A stretch of 63,294 nucleotides of DNA, filler included, from Octopus bimaculoides (GCF_001194135.2; 5 parts of 5 records of this genome joined end to end with filler, not necessarily neighbours in it), one strand, 5' to 3'; shown: positions 50,020 to 63,115, counted from the whole stretch's first letter. Translations and numbers: made by a program. Notes: generated from the sequence alone by a model not told the origin.

Positions 50020-50210
50020 ACTCTTGTGACAGTGCCACATAAAAGCACCCAGTACCCTCTGTAAAGTGGTTGGAATTGGGAAGAGCAGCCAGCTGTAGAA
50101 ACAATGCCAAATCAGGCAATTGAAACTGGTGCAGCTCCCTAGCTTGTCAGCTCTGGTCAAAACCATCCACCCCATAGCAACAGGGACAATGGATGTTAAA
50201 TGATGACAAT
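50020..50210 (+). mobile_element. SINE tail type D
   Basis: GTGCCACATAAAAGCACCCAG...CAGCTGTAGAAAC...GGATGTTAAATGATG. Confidence 0.75.
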
Positions 50211-50214
50211 GGTG

Positions 50215-50680
50215 TACGAGGGTAGTCCCAAAAGTAAGGTCTCCGAAGCGCTGGGGAGGCAGGAAAACTGTGCATGCAGCTATTGGCAAAACTGTTGTGT
50301 TTGTTGTGCATGCACCTGCGCCTGTCCCTGCACATGCCTTGCTGCTGCATTCAGTCGTGGCTTGGAAGTCCCATCTGATGGAGCTGCTGGTTGACGCTAC
50401 TGCCAAATGTGAATTTCATGCAGTTATTCGGTTTTTGAACGCAAAAAGGCAATAAACCGACTGAAACTTATCACCAATTAACAGAAGTGTATGATGAGTC
50501 GTGCATGGATGTCAAAAACGTCTGCAAATGGTGTAGGGAGTTTGCAGCTGGTTGTATTGAAATTTAAGAGAAAGAAAGAACGGGCGACCATCAATTTCTG
50601 ACAAGGCAGTCGCGAAAGTTGAGCAAATCCTGCGTGAAAATTGGCAGGTCCTTCTAGATGATCTCTGCATTTTGGTTCCC
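50215..50680 (+). mobile_element. Mariner transposon 5' fragment (TIR plus transposase N-terminus)
   Basis: TIR TACGAGGGTAGTCCCAAAAGTAAGGTCTCC; ATG at 50378 MELLVDATAKCEFHAVIRFLNAK, then after frameshifts ETYHQLTEVYDESCMDVKNVCKWCREFAAG and RPSISDKAVAKVEQILREN. Confidence 0.88.
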
Positions 50681-50997
50681 GCCTTTTTCTTTCATCTCCA
50701 GTCTTGTATACATTTTTCTTATCATTGTCAAAGACTCTATCACTGTATTTAAACTTTAACACCACAAAAGCTAAACAAAGCCTTGCACTTTACTTCTGAA
50801 AACCGGTTAATGGTGTAATGGTTGCTCTTATGTGTCACCGGCACAGGTGCCATTTGCATGACACCCAGTTGCGTTATATATATATATGTATGTATATATT
50901 CATATATGTATAAAAGCTCATGGATGCACATTATTTTTTATATATGGACCTTCGTGTATATGCAAATTGTATGCTTAGCTACTTAAGGTTGTATCAT

Positions 50998-51473
50998 CAT
51001 CATTGTCGTCGTCGTTTAACGTCTGCTTTCCATGCTAGCATAGGTTAGATGGTTTGACTGAGGACTGGCAAGCCAGGTGGCTGTACCAGGCAAAGTTTCT
51101 ACAGCTAGATGCCCTTCCTAACGCCAACCACTCCGAGAGTGTAGTGAGTACTTTTTACATGCCACCGGCATGGGAGCCAGTCAGGCTATTTACAATAAAT
51201 AGATATGTGTGAGTGTGTGCACATGTAAACATATATATATATCATCATCATCATCGTTTAATGTCCGCTTTCCATGCTAGCATGGGTTGGACGATTTGAC
51301 TGAGGACTGGTGAAACCAGATGGCAGCACCAGGCTCCAATCTGTTTTGGCCTAGTTTCTACAGCTGGATGCCCTTCCTAACGCCAACCACTCAGAGAGTG
51401 TAGTGGGTGCTTTTACGTATCATCCGCATGAAGGCCAGTCAGGCAATACTGGCAATGGCCACGCTCAAAATGG

Positions 51474-51480
<7 letters not shown>
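50998..51480 (-). mobile_element. Two type D SINE tails (50998-51188 and 51241-51480)
   Basis: CATCATCGTTTAACGTCCGCTTTCCATGCTAGCATGGG...GGATGCCCTTCCTAACGCCAACC twice. Confidence 0.88.
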
Positions 51481-51525
<45 letters not shown>

Positions 51526-52087
51526 TACAAACAGTTTTTTGTACTTGTATCCATTAAATACATGCTTGCTGCATATATACTTATATTCACTCATCTATAC
51601 ATTCACCCACACTCATATACACATACGAGAGCAGAGGTGTTTATATACAAGTTAATGTATACATGTATATACAATACTTCACATGCATTTGCCCATGCAT
51701 CTATATATACATGTGTGTAATACTTAATAATTATTGAAGCTTACATACTCCAATGTGAAACTCTCTGCAAACCTGTATTACTACATAAATGTGTGCAAGC
51801 GTGTGTGTATGTGTGTTTGTGTGTACAGATGCTTGTGTGAGTGACTATGCCTGTTTTCATGCATGTGTGTGTTTGTCTGTCTCTTTTTCAATGTATATGT
51901 GAAGGTGTGCAGGCAATGAATGCCTTGCTAAGAAAATTATACATATTTATGATTTGTGGTAGACTTGATAGAACTGGTACATAAAAAACCATATCACACA
52001 ATATAGAATAATTCAACCTTCATAAAATTACTCAATCTTCCAGAAATAATAGCTAAATTAACATCAAACTACACAACAGCCACTTAC

Positions 52088-52126
52088 AAAAATAGCTCTA
52101 CTGGATAATGTACTCTCAGCTTCTTT
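52088..52126 (-). CDS. Internal exon, 39 nt, phase 0-0 (KEAESTLSSRAIF)
   Basis: Acceptor catttcactatatag, donor TTT|gtaagt; in phase with the microexon. Confidence 0.55.
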
Positions 52127-52167
52127 CTATATAGTGAAATGATGGGGCAGTTGACAGTAGGAACATG

Positions 52168-52204
<37 letters not shown>

Positions 52205-52427
52205 CTATCGATCTATCTATCAATCAATTCATGCAGATATGAATATAAATATATATGTGTTTGTTTGTGTGTATGTGCATGTGTGTGTGTGTGTATACAC
52301 TTAAACATATATATATATATATATATANNNNNNNNNNNNNNNNNNNNNNNNNNNNNNNNNNNNNNNNNNNNTTAATTAATTAANNNNNNNNNNNNNNNNN
52401 NNNNNNNNNNNNNNNNNNNNNNNNNNN

Positions 52428-52690
52428 CCAGAATTTTTCCAGTTCTTCTGCTGTTGGTGCTGCAGTAATGTCTATTTTATTTTTACCAAGTTCTTGGTAG
52501 AGTTTTTGGAGGTTGGATTTGAACTGTTTGTTTTGTTCAAAGAAACGTTGGCGTTTCTCATACCGGCGGATCCTTTGTGCTTCGGCAAGGATATCTTGCT
52601 TTAGTTTTTCTGTTGCCTCAGGTAAGTCTTTTTCTGTAATGCTTTATTTGTACAGTATTTTTGTTTTCTTCTTGTTACCTAGTTGTGTTG
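52428..52690 (-). mobile_element. R4/Dong-like retrotransposon fragment (region upstream of RT), 5'-truncated at a TAA/TGA array
   Basis: Minus frame EKLKQDILAEAQRIRRYEKRQRFFEQNKQFKSNLQKLYQELGKNKIDITAAPTAEELEKFW. Confidence 0.85.
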
Positions 52691-55600
52691 ATTGTTTACT
52701 AATTTCGTTATCGTTATTATTATTATCATTATTACTGTCATTATTATTACTCTCATCATCATCATCATCGTTATCATCATCATCATCATTATTATTATTA
52801 TTATTATTGCTTTATGCAACAAATCATATTTGATGCCGTGTAAAACTAGAGAATTTAAGCATTGTTGTATTGTCTCGATATTAAATGTCTTCTTTCTCAA
52901 ATTAAACCAAATTTTGCTCGAAGTCATAAGGAAAGCACTACGGTAGCTACATCAACGGTTTCTTTATAAAGATACGATGTGAAGTAGAGGTCATTGCTGA
53001 CTGTTTTGCAGCATTGCATTGATTTAGTCTGTAAATGGTAGAACAACAGCCGATTACGCATATGTTTTTCAGCCACTTTAAATATAACCTCATATCTTTT
53101 ATTAATTGTCTTGTGACACTTGTGACAGACTAACCTGGAAGCATTTGAGCAAATTCTACATTATAGCATATGCAGAAATATTAAATTTCTAGACAAGCAG
53201 GAAGTACAGTGTCTTTTAAATGACAAATCGCAATTGAAGAATTGTTTTGGTGGAGAAGCAATTTACTGAGTCTCAATTAGCTAAGAGAAGTGGTATGAAT
53301 GAATGTAATGGGGGGGGGGGGAATATAAGCGTAAGCGAATATTTGATTATGAAAATGAGACACATTAAACTTTATTTACGAAACTTAAACATTGTTTCCA
53401 AACTCTGTGAATATCCTAATCAGATAATAACAAATATATTTAAACATTAATAATTAAATGTCTGTTTTATAATTACTTAAATGGAACCATGACAAGCGTA
53501 ACGTCTTTTGTCTTGTATATATGCATATATATATATACATACATACATANNNNNNNNNNNNNNNNNNNNNNNNNNNNNNNNNNNNNNNNNNNNNNNNNNN
53601 NNNNNNNNNNNNNNNNNNNNNNNNNNNNNNNNNNNNNNNNNNNNNNNNNNNNNNNNNNNNNNNNNNNNNNNNNNNNNNNNNNNNNNNNNNNNNNNNNNNN
53701 NNNNNNNNNNNNNNNNNNNNNNNNNNNNNNNNNNNNNNNNNNNNNNNNNNNNNNNNNNNNNNNNNNNNNNNNNNNNNNNNNNNNNNNNNNNNNNNATATA
53801 TATATATATACACGTACGCACATATTGCTTTTCTCTCTTTTCTTTCTATCCACATCTCCTACTATCACAAATCTAAATACAAAGTGGAACGTTCCTTACA
53901 TCCCCTATTGTTTCTATATATCTCTATGTATGATAGATCAAAATATTCACAGGAACAGCCCATGAATTTCCCAGAACCTTCTGATTGACATAAATTGGTA
54001 AATATCCCTTGGCTAAACATTTGATACAACCAGAACACTAATACAATTTTTGCCTGAAGAAACAAACACATGTCTTAATGGTTCTCCTTAAGATCTATGA
54101 TTATTGCAAATCATATTTGCAATGTTCTGTGAATGGGGAATGCAACAACAGATCATGAGCTTTGTGGAAATGTTTGCAGCAATGCATTAAAAGATTTATG
54201 AATTTACATCCAAAAGTTCTCGTTGTTACAATATAGACGTTTTGGAGGTAGAGTAATGTTTCATTAATAAAGTGTTGGTTGGGAATGGTTGCCGAACCGC
54301 AAGTAAAAGATAACAGATATTCACGTTCGAATCAGCAAGAACATATTAAGAGTGAATATTTATGTCATTGAGTTACCTTTTCCTTATTACTTCATCTCAG
54401 TTTTACAGTTGCTCCAGTAACTTTCTCATTTTAACGACTGTAACTAACCTCAACCACTTTCTTACTCAGACTGGTGCTGTTGATGTATTTACTGTTCACT
54501 GTACAAACTGACATTTTTCTTTACCATTCACTCTATTTGAATAATTATCTTCCCACTTTGCTAACACCACAATGCATCTTTTATTTCATCTTTCATACTA
54601 CCACCACTATTGCCATTTTTTATACTTAGTCACAATTACTGGTGTCTTTTTAAAATATGCTTTTATTTCGCAACTGTTTGAACACACACACAGATCTAAG
54701 AATTCCAGTTGAAGAACCTGACATCAAAGTCATGTGAAATTGCAACATTAGGTCAAATTTCAAAGAAACCAGCTCTTCGAGTAAATATTCATATCACATG
54801 GTAAATATTTTATTCTGGCTATAAATAAAGCACTTAATTTGAGGTTTTACTTAATATTTGCATACATGCAAAAGCCAGAACAAATTTGAAGCTTATCTGT
54901 TTATTAATACGCAAATATAAATCAAATCCTGCCACACAAATTTTGGTGTCTTTTGACCGAGAACCACATGTTTACGCGTTAAATTTTAGGACATCTTTCC
55001 ATTTGTAAAGGCCAAATAGCTATGACTGCTATAAATGCTAACTGAATTGTTTATTTAATAAGCTGTTTTCTTAAGTAATATAACTCGTAAGCCCTTGCAG
55101 GAAAGCTTTTAAAGTTTGTTACTTCACTCTATTTTCAGGTCATTAAGCAGATGAGAGTTAATTCTGTTGCCTAAATAGAATGCAAATGTATAAAATAGCA
55201 TATAAGCTGAAGAATAAAATGTGCTACACAATGATATAATGAACCATCGGCCATGAACTTAAAGTCAACAATTCTGAGTGGTTGACTGTCTGACATTTTC
55301 TCCTTCGGTTATCCATTTTATTCCCTTCCTCTTCACGAAATATATCTGCTCAACTCAAACTGTTAGATGTTATTGCTGTCACCTAAAAAGAACAACAAAA
55401 ATAAGATTAAAAAAACACACAAACAAAATAACAAAACACAAGGACAAAAACCACATTGACAATATTTTGGTGTGGTTGTGAAAGGATTAATATTTTTGGT
55501 GAAAATCTTTGTTGTTCAACTCTGGAAATATTTCCACAGAATTTCTTTCCCCCCTTATCGGTTCTCTCTGATAATACACTAAAAGCTTTTCCTGGAAACA

Positions 55601-55812
55601 ACAACAATAATAAAAAAAAATGAAAAAAATAAATAAATAAAAGGATTTCTAACAAGAATTAACATTAATAAAAGAAATATAAGTGAAAACATCATCACAA
55701 ATGAATAATTCCGATTTGCTACTTGATTTGATAACATTTTCCACTCCAGATCAATATCAGATAAAGTAAGTCAACAAGTCACATTGAGAGAGAAAGAAAG
55801 AGAGATAGAGAG

Positions 55813-55861
<49 letters not shown>

Positions 55862-56408
55862 ACACCTACGCGCCCAAACATACGCAGGGACAAAAAACAC
55901 TTACATACATATATGACACACAGAGGTACGTATGTAAACACATATACAGATACGTACGCACAGAAATGCAAGATTGATTTCCAACTCTAACAAATGAAGG
56001 TCAACATTAATGAAAAGTGATGCTGATGTGACAATTTGAAATAATTCTGCACTGAAGTTCGTTGGAAGCGATTAAGTGCAAAACATCACAACGAGGGAGT
56101 CGTTTCTGTTCGAAACCAATATTGAACATACACACACACATACACACACACACATGTATATCTATCTATATATGTATGTATGTATGTATGTAGGATNNNN
56201 NNNNNNNNNNNNNNNNNNNNNNNNNNNNNNNNNNNNNNNNNNNNNNNNNNNNNNNNNNNNNNNNNNNNNNNNNNNNNNNNNNNNNNNNNNNNNNNNNNNN
56301 NNNNNNNNNNNNNNNNNNNNNNNNNNNNNNNNNNNNNNNNNNNNNNNNNNNNNNNNNNNNNNNNNNNNNNNNNNNNNNNNNNNNNNNNNNNNNNNNNNNN
56401 NNNNNNNN

Positions 56409-56459
<51 letters not shown>

Positions 56460-56479
56460 ATGTATATATGATGCATCAT

Positions 56480-57110
56480 TTCATTTGCACATTACCGAGA
56501 TGGCAGTGAAGTGCAGACAACTGGCAGGATGGATACTAAGGTCCTTCAAGACAATTGACCAATAAGTTGTGTTGACCCTGTGGTGGATCTTTGACCTCAC
56601 CCACCTGGACTACTGTTCCCAGTTATGTTCACCACATAGTGCCAAGCTAACATCTGACCTTGAAGCAGTCCAACGCCTCTACGCTAAAAAGATTGAAACC
56701 AGCTGAGCTACAGGGAAAGCCTGAAACACTATGACTTTACTCAGTGGAACAAAGGCGTGAAAGATATGTAATAATCTACATATGAAAAACTCTAGAAGGG
56801 CTAGTATCAAAATTTGGCATTGAATGTTATACAAATGCCAGAACTGGACGCTATTGTATTGTCTGAATTCAGGACCAGGTACTGCAATACCCTAGAGTTC
56901 AAAGACCCACAGCTTTTCAATGCCCTGTCACAAAAATTAAGAAATCTCCATAATTTGGACGTGAATGCCTTCAAAAAGAACTAGACATCCTCCTCTCCAC
57001 AATACCGGGTGAACCAATGGCACGTCATGAGGTACAGACGAGGGCAGCGAAATCAAACTCCCACATACACCAAATGAGCCAACAGCTGCGACAGAGGCCC
57101 ATACAGGAAT
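56480..57110 (+). mobile_element. CR1/L2-group LINE RT C-terminal fragment
   Basis: Blocks KCRQLAGWILRSFKT, HLDYCSQL, LEAVQR, RRERY, PQLFNALSQKLRNL and SNS, with frameshifts. Confidence 0.85.
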
Positions 57111-58049
57111 GGTGATATGAAACCCCCAAGCAAGACGAAATTTAAAAAATCACAGTGGTGCTCCAGTATGACCACAGCTGCATGGCTGAAGGAAATAAAA
57201 GAATATATATATATATGTGTATGTATATATGCGTATATATATATATATNNNNNNNNNNNNNNNNNNNNNNNNNNNNNNNNNNNNNNNNNNNNNNNNNNNN
57301 NNNNNNNNNNNNNNNNNNNNNNNNNNNNNNNNNNNNNNNNNNNNNNNNNNNNNNNNNNNNNNNNNNNNNNNNNNNNNNNNNNNNNNNNNNNNNNNNNNNN
57401 NNNNNNNNNNNNNNNNNNNNNNNNNNNNNNNNNNNNNNNNNNNNNNNNNNNNNNNNNNNNNNNNNNNNNNNNNNNNNNNNNNNNNNNNNNNNNNNNNNNN
57501 NNNNNNNNNNNNNNNNNNNNNNNNNNNNNNNNNNNNNNNNNNNNNNNNNNNNNNNNNNNNNNNNNNNNNNNNNNNNNNNNNNNNNNNNNNNNNNNNNNNN
57601 NNNNNNNNNNNNNNNNNNNNNNNNNNNNNNNNNNNNNNNNNNNNNNNNNNNNNNNNNNNNNNNNNNNNNNNNNNNNNNNNNNNNNNNNNNNNNNNNNNNN
57701 NNNNNNNNNNNNNNNNNNNNNNNNNNNNNNNNNNNNNNNNNNNNNNNNNNNNNNNNNNNNNNNNNNNNNNNNNNNNNNNNNNNNNNNNNNNNNNNNNNNN
57801 NNNNNNNNNNNNNNNNNNNNNNNNNNNNNNNNNNNNNNNNNNNNNNNNNNNNNNNNNNNNNNNNNNNNNNNNNNNNNNNNNNNNNNNNNNNNNNNNNNNN
57901 NNNNNNNNNNNNNNNNNNNNNNNNNNNNNNNNNNNNNNNNNNNNNNNNNNNNNNNNNNNNNNNNNNNNNNNNNNNNNNNNNNNNNNNNNNNNNNNNNNNN
58001 NNNNNNNNNNNNNNNNNNNNNNNNNNATATATATATATATATAAACATA

Positions 58050-58500
58050 TATAAACAATTGCAGTATGGAAGGTGTTTATAAGCCATTTAAGAAACACAC
58101 AAAAACCGTTAGATTCACTTCAACATTTAAATTTAATTTGCCAAAATATTTTTGTCGCTTTGAGACCGTGACCTGTTCACTGACAAAATTCTGTGCAACA
58201 CAGAATGTACTTCAGGAACCAATACTGAAAAATATTGTGTGTGTGTGTGTGTGTTGTGTAAATGTGTGTGTCGTGTGTGTGTGTGTGTTAAAATGAAATG
58301 TGAGTCTAAACATTTTTAGATAAACATAAAGTGTTACATTTTTATATTTCGTTTGTAAGAGTCTTGAAGTGAACTCTGTATTGAAACAGATTTTGGTGTG
58401 TCTCGGCTGGATCATTATACCAATAATAAACACATACGCTGGTTCTGTTTCACTTCTTTATCATATATTTGTCAATTTGCTAACTATTTAACTCAATAAA
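58050..58500 (-). mobile_element. Interspersed repeat carrying a hammerhead-like motif (possible PLE pLTR)
   Basis: Non-microsatellite block containing the 58137-58187 motif; repeat status and class are inferred, no second copy in the window. Confidence 0.35.
58137..58187 (-). ncRNA. Hammerhead-like motif with G3-C8 core; G12 replaced by A (probably an inactive copy)
   Basis: Stem I TTTGTCA/TGGCAAA; core GTGAACA plus an extra G; stem II GTCAC/GCGAC; AAAA in place of GAAA; palindromic stem III AATATT; U17. Confidence 0.5.
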
Positions 58501-58639
58501 TAATTGAGTGTTTGATTGATTGTTCAGTCAATTCATCACATAGTTAGGTTTGTCAAAGTCCTTTTGTGGCCTTTCGTGACCTTATTAATGAAGCATAATG
58601 AACTCTACTTGACATACGACCTCAGTATCTGTTAACTCA

Positions 58640-58930
58640 TTTTACGTTAAGTTTTGTAGTATCATGGACTGTTCAAGTAGCGAGTTATTGTTGGCTCTGA
58701 TGTGCTCAGGCATTGGCAATTTATCTACATAAGAAGTTGGCATCGTTCAGGCATTGGTTGCTTATCAAGATAAGAAATTTTTCTAGGTTCCGTTTGAAGG
58801 TAGTGGGCTCGTTTTCTTCTTTGCTTTGTCGTGGGATAATGTTTAACAGAGCCTGGAGAGGAAAAGAAATTGTATTGCAGTTAATTTCTGTGTTTACCAT
58901 CCATAGTTCTTTTATAAGTTTTTATAGCGT
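58640..58930 (-). mobile_element. CR1-group LINE 3' end
   Basis: Minus blocks YNFFSSPG, IIPRQSKEENEPTTFKRNLEKFL and ANNNSLLE. Confidence 0.7.
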
Positions 58931-58968
58931 TTAGTGACTTAATATCATCTCTACTGCTTCCAAGGATA

Positions 58969-59018
<50 letters not shown>

Positions 59019-59195
59019 GTATTTTTGTAATATTAATATTGAACATCATCGCTATTAAACAGAGGCGTCTCATCTTTTTCTACCATCTCAGACTGCAATT
59101 AGTCAATAGAAATCTGTTTGAATAATAGTCACATACCGATTCGCCTTAATTTTGACGTGATCGTGTTTTACCAATTCAATGATAAGAAGAAGAAG

Positions 59196-59250
59196 AACAA
59201 CAACAACAATAATAATGATAATAATCATGATCATAATAATAATAATAATG

Positions 59251-59329
<79 letters not shown>

Positions 59330-59335
59330 TAATGC
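59196..59335. repeat. (AAT)n microsatellite
   Basis: Direct inspection. Confidence 0.95.
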
Positions 59336-59879
59336 AATTTAGATTAAGTGATCAGAGAAACTTTGGAATAAAATTCCCGAAGTAGAAAAAAATAATGGTA
59401 GAAGAGAATCTCGGCAAAGTAAGTGGTCAATTAGGCTGGCTGTGTTTTTTCTTTTTTTTTTATCTGAAAATTGTATTTGGTGTCATTATTTTGGAACATA
59501 AATTATTGCCCATTAGTGTTACAAAGCAATCACCCACAAGGCCGATCAATGAGATCAATGTTAAAATCACCCGTGAATATCTCCTCTCAACCCTTCTGCT
59601 TTGTTCTTTCAATCTAATTGGTAAAAATCATTACGTAACAGTTTGCGTGCAACACATGATGGACGATGAAAGTTACCTAAAATTATCGATTTCTCTTTTA
59701 GTTTTTCAGATTATCACCTGTTTTTTTTTTAAAAATGTTAACACATCCAAGACTGAAGGTGAGAAAATTTAAGTTTTTAGATCCTAATCATTAAAGGAAT
59801 CATTTATATTTTATCACTTACTTTCGACTATAGCACTACTGGGACACTGCGTAAACGGCTTGATTATATTGATCCCATA

Positions 59880-61150
59880 AGGATGTGAGCTGCCAGAAGC
59901 ATTAGTGCGTTGAACAAAATGCTTAGTGGCGTTTCTTCCGGCTCTTTATGCTCTGAGTTCAAATACAGCCAAGGTCGACTTTGTCTTTCGCCAATTCAGT
60001 GTCGATAAAATAATTACCAGTTGAACACTGGATCGATGTATGCATGCATGCATACTTACATGTATATATACATAGACACACTTTTTAAGCAAAGGAAAAT
60101 TGCAACTAACGCGAGTTTTACACATGCAATCTGTAAGCGGAACAGTAAGAATATGAAAGACTTTAAGAAAGTCCAGTATCTAATAATCATCATTGTTGTT
60201 ATCCAAAATCCGATGACACTGCATTTGTTTTGTTGGTTTCTTTGTTTTGTTATTTTTGTTTAGTTTTTTGTTAGAAAGCAGCTTCTTTCCCCTAGGAAGA
60301 ATACTAATAACTACATAAAAATCTTTAGTTATGTATATNNNNNNNNNNNNNNNNNNNNNNNNNNNNNNNNNNNNNNNNNNNNTTAATTAATTAANNNNNN
60401 NNNNNNNNNNNNNNNNNNNNNNNNNNNNNNNNNNNNNNTATATATATATATATATAAATATATATGTGTGTGTGTGTGTGTGTGTGTATATGCTTGTATT
60501 TATCTGTCTGTCTGTGCGTGACTGTGTATGCATATTGAAGAGAGGGAGGTGGTGCTTTTAGCAATGAATGGATTCTTACAGAGTAGCGTTTAGGGAGAGA
60601 AAAATAAATATATCACTAGGTTATATTACTTCACATATGAATGCCAAACAAATTTTTCTTTTGTTCAAGCATCCTGTTTTCAGTTTACATTATTAACATT
60701 ATTTCATATACATGAATTCGTTATTGTTTGTTGTTTTCCTTGTTATTCTAACTTATACATATTATTTAAGGCGGCGAGTTGGTAAAATCGTTACCATGCC
60801 GGACAAAATGCTTAGACGTATTTTTACGGCTCTTCCGTCTCTGAATTCAAAACGCGCTGATGTCGTCTTTGCATTTATTCCTTTCGGGGTCGATAGATTG
60901 AGTAGCAGTTGAGCACTGTGATAGATGTAATCTCTTTATCTACCCCTCAAAATTGCTGCCCTTGTCATATTAGTAGGCAACGTGTTATGAGAATATTTAG
61001 AATGTCGACTCTTTATCTTCTGAATTCAATCTAGCCGAAGTCGACTTTGCCTTTCATGCTTTCGGTGTGAATGAAATAATGTACCAGTCAAATGCCGCAG
61101 TCGATTTCCAAAGTAAAAAAATTCAGACCTCGTTCCAATGGCAGAAAGAA
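59880..61150 (+). mobile_element. Three degenerate SINE family A copies (59880-60045, 60768-60960, 61000-61150)
   Basis: Each has the GAGTTCAAA/GTCGACTTTGCC/GTCGATA core. Confidence 0.75.
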
Positions 61151-61521
61151 TGATTATAATTTTCTCAACGACTGTTGCTGGCCAAATAAGTAGAGAATTG
61201 GGACAGAATTATTTTCGGCCTTTATTTATGTCCATTCTCGTTCTGATTTCCTATCTTACTGTAGTCGATTTTGTTTCCTATCAAACAGTCAAAAATAAAA
61301 CTATGTTACTAATCAAGTACTGTACTGTATATAAAAATAACTACACATAGCATCTAAAGTTTTGATGGTGTTAACGATAATTATTTGAACGGATACGGTG
61401 CGGACAGGTTCGCTTTTCAAAGAGTTGATCCTTCGGGTAGATGCCTTAAAATTGCCGGCCTTCTGTGAAAAATTGAAGCAATTATTTAATCACGAAAATC
61501 AGTAGACATGTTTGTGATATA

Positions 61522-61690
61522 GGCGCAGGCGTGGTAGTGGGGTAAGAAAATTGGTTTCCAACCACATACCACTGGGTTCAGTACCAATACGTGGAATCTT
61601 AGGCAAGTGTCTTCAACTATAACCTCGAACAGACCAAACCTTCTGACTGGATATGGTGGACAGAAAATGAAAGAAGCCTGTCGTATATAT
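61522..61690 (+). mobile_element. SINE family C head
   Basis: GGCGCAGGCGTGGTAGTGGGGTAAG...CTTAGGCAAGTGTCTTC. Confidence 0.85.
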
Positions 61691-61927
61691 ATATATGTCA
61701 TACCCGGTCGTGTGATTTAATGGGAGGCAGACTGTAAATCGTTACTAAGTACTAAAATGAATTATAACGTTAAAAACCGTATTTCTATTTGATACCGATG
61801 GAATAATTGAAACAAATTTACTCAGGTCCCAACTGTGATGCCAGAAATGCAAAAATATTTTGTCAATACTGGGATAGATATTTAAACTCGCGTATGTGTT
61901 TTCTGATCTAATATTTGGAACACACCA

Positions 61928-62520
61928 AGGCGGTGAGCTGAAAGAAACGTTAGCACGCCGGGCGAAATGTTTAGCGGTATTTCGTCTGCCGTTACGTTCT
62001 GAGTTCAAATTACGCCGAGGTCGACTTTGCCTTTCATTCTTCCAGAGGTCGATAAATTAAGTACCAGTTACGCACTGGGGTCAATGTAATCGATTTAATC
62101 CGTGTGTCTGTCCTTGTTTGTCCCCTCTATGTTTAGCCCCTTGTGGGGAATAAAGAAATAAGAAACGTTAGCATGCTAGATGAAATGCTTAGCGGTATTT
62201 CGTCTGCCGCTACATTCTGAGTTGTGTACTGGAGTCGATGTAATTGACTGACCCCCTACCCCCAAATTTTGGGCTTTGTGCCTAGAATAAAAAAAGAATA
62301 TCTGGAGCAAACGATAGGCGATGAGCTGGCAAAATCGTTAGCACGCCGGACATAATGCTTACGGCATTTCATCCGTCTTCACGTTCTGAGTTCAACTTTC
62401 GCTGAAGTCGACTGTGACTTTCATCCATTCAGGGTGAAAATAAGTACTTGTTGGACACTGGCGTAGATTTAATTGATTTATCTGCAATTGCCCGCCCTGT
62501 GCCAAATTTTGAAAACAATA
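61928..62520 (+). mobile_element. SINE family A dimer (61928-62290) plus a further copy (62318-62520)
   Basis: Near-consensus family A; tail joined to internal head sequence. Confidence 0.9.
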
Positions 62521-62889
62521 TTTGGTACACTATTATTGTGTTCCAGAAATTTTGTACAGCTGTGTAAATAATAGAAGGCGGCTTTAAAGAGATTGTTTAT
62601 TATAGTATCTTCGTGATAATAATTACTATGTCTAAATGATTTCTCATCAGGAAATAAACTAGATCTATTATTAACATTTATTAACTGTTATTAACTTTTA
62701 CTTTCTTAATATATCTAATATCTATGGTATCTGTCTGTTGATTAATGAGTCGGATAAAGCTTCCTTTGTTAATTACCTAATTACTTGTAGAATTCCATAT
62801 AAGATGGTAATGTAATCGACAAGGGTTAGCTTATCTAGATTAAGATGTTTGTTGCGCATTAAAATATGCTCCAATGCCTCGCATGGCAG

Positions 62890-63115
62890 TTTCAAATTTT
62901 GGTACAAGGTCAGTAATTTATGTAGGGGATTGGCGTAGGGTGATTACTATCGGTCCCATTGTTCAAATAGAAATTATTTTATCAGCTCCGAGTGGATGAA
63001 AATCGAAGTCAATCACGGCGAAATTTAAATTCAGAAAGTAGAAAAAAACGGAAAGAAGTGCCGCTACGCATTTTGTGCAACGCGCTAACGGTTCGGCTTC
63101 CTCGCCGCCTTGCAA
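62890..63115 (-). mobile_element. SINE family A, degenerate
   Basis: GGATGAAAATCGAAGTCAATCACGGCGAAATTTAAATTCAGAA...CTCGCCGCCTT. Confidence 0.75.
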
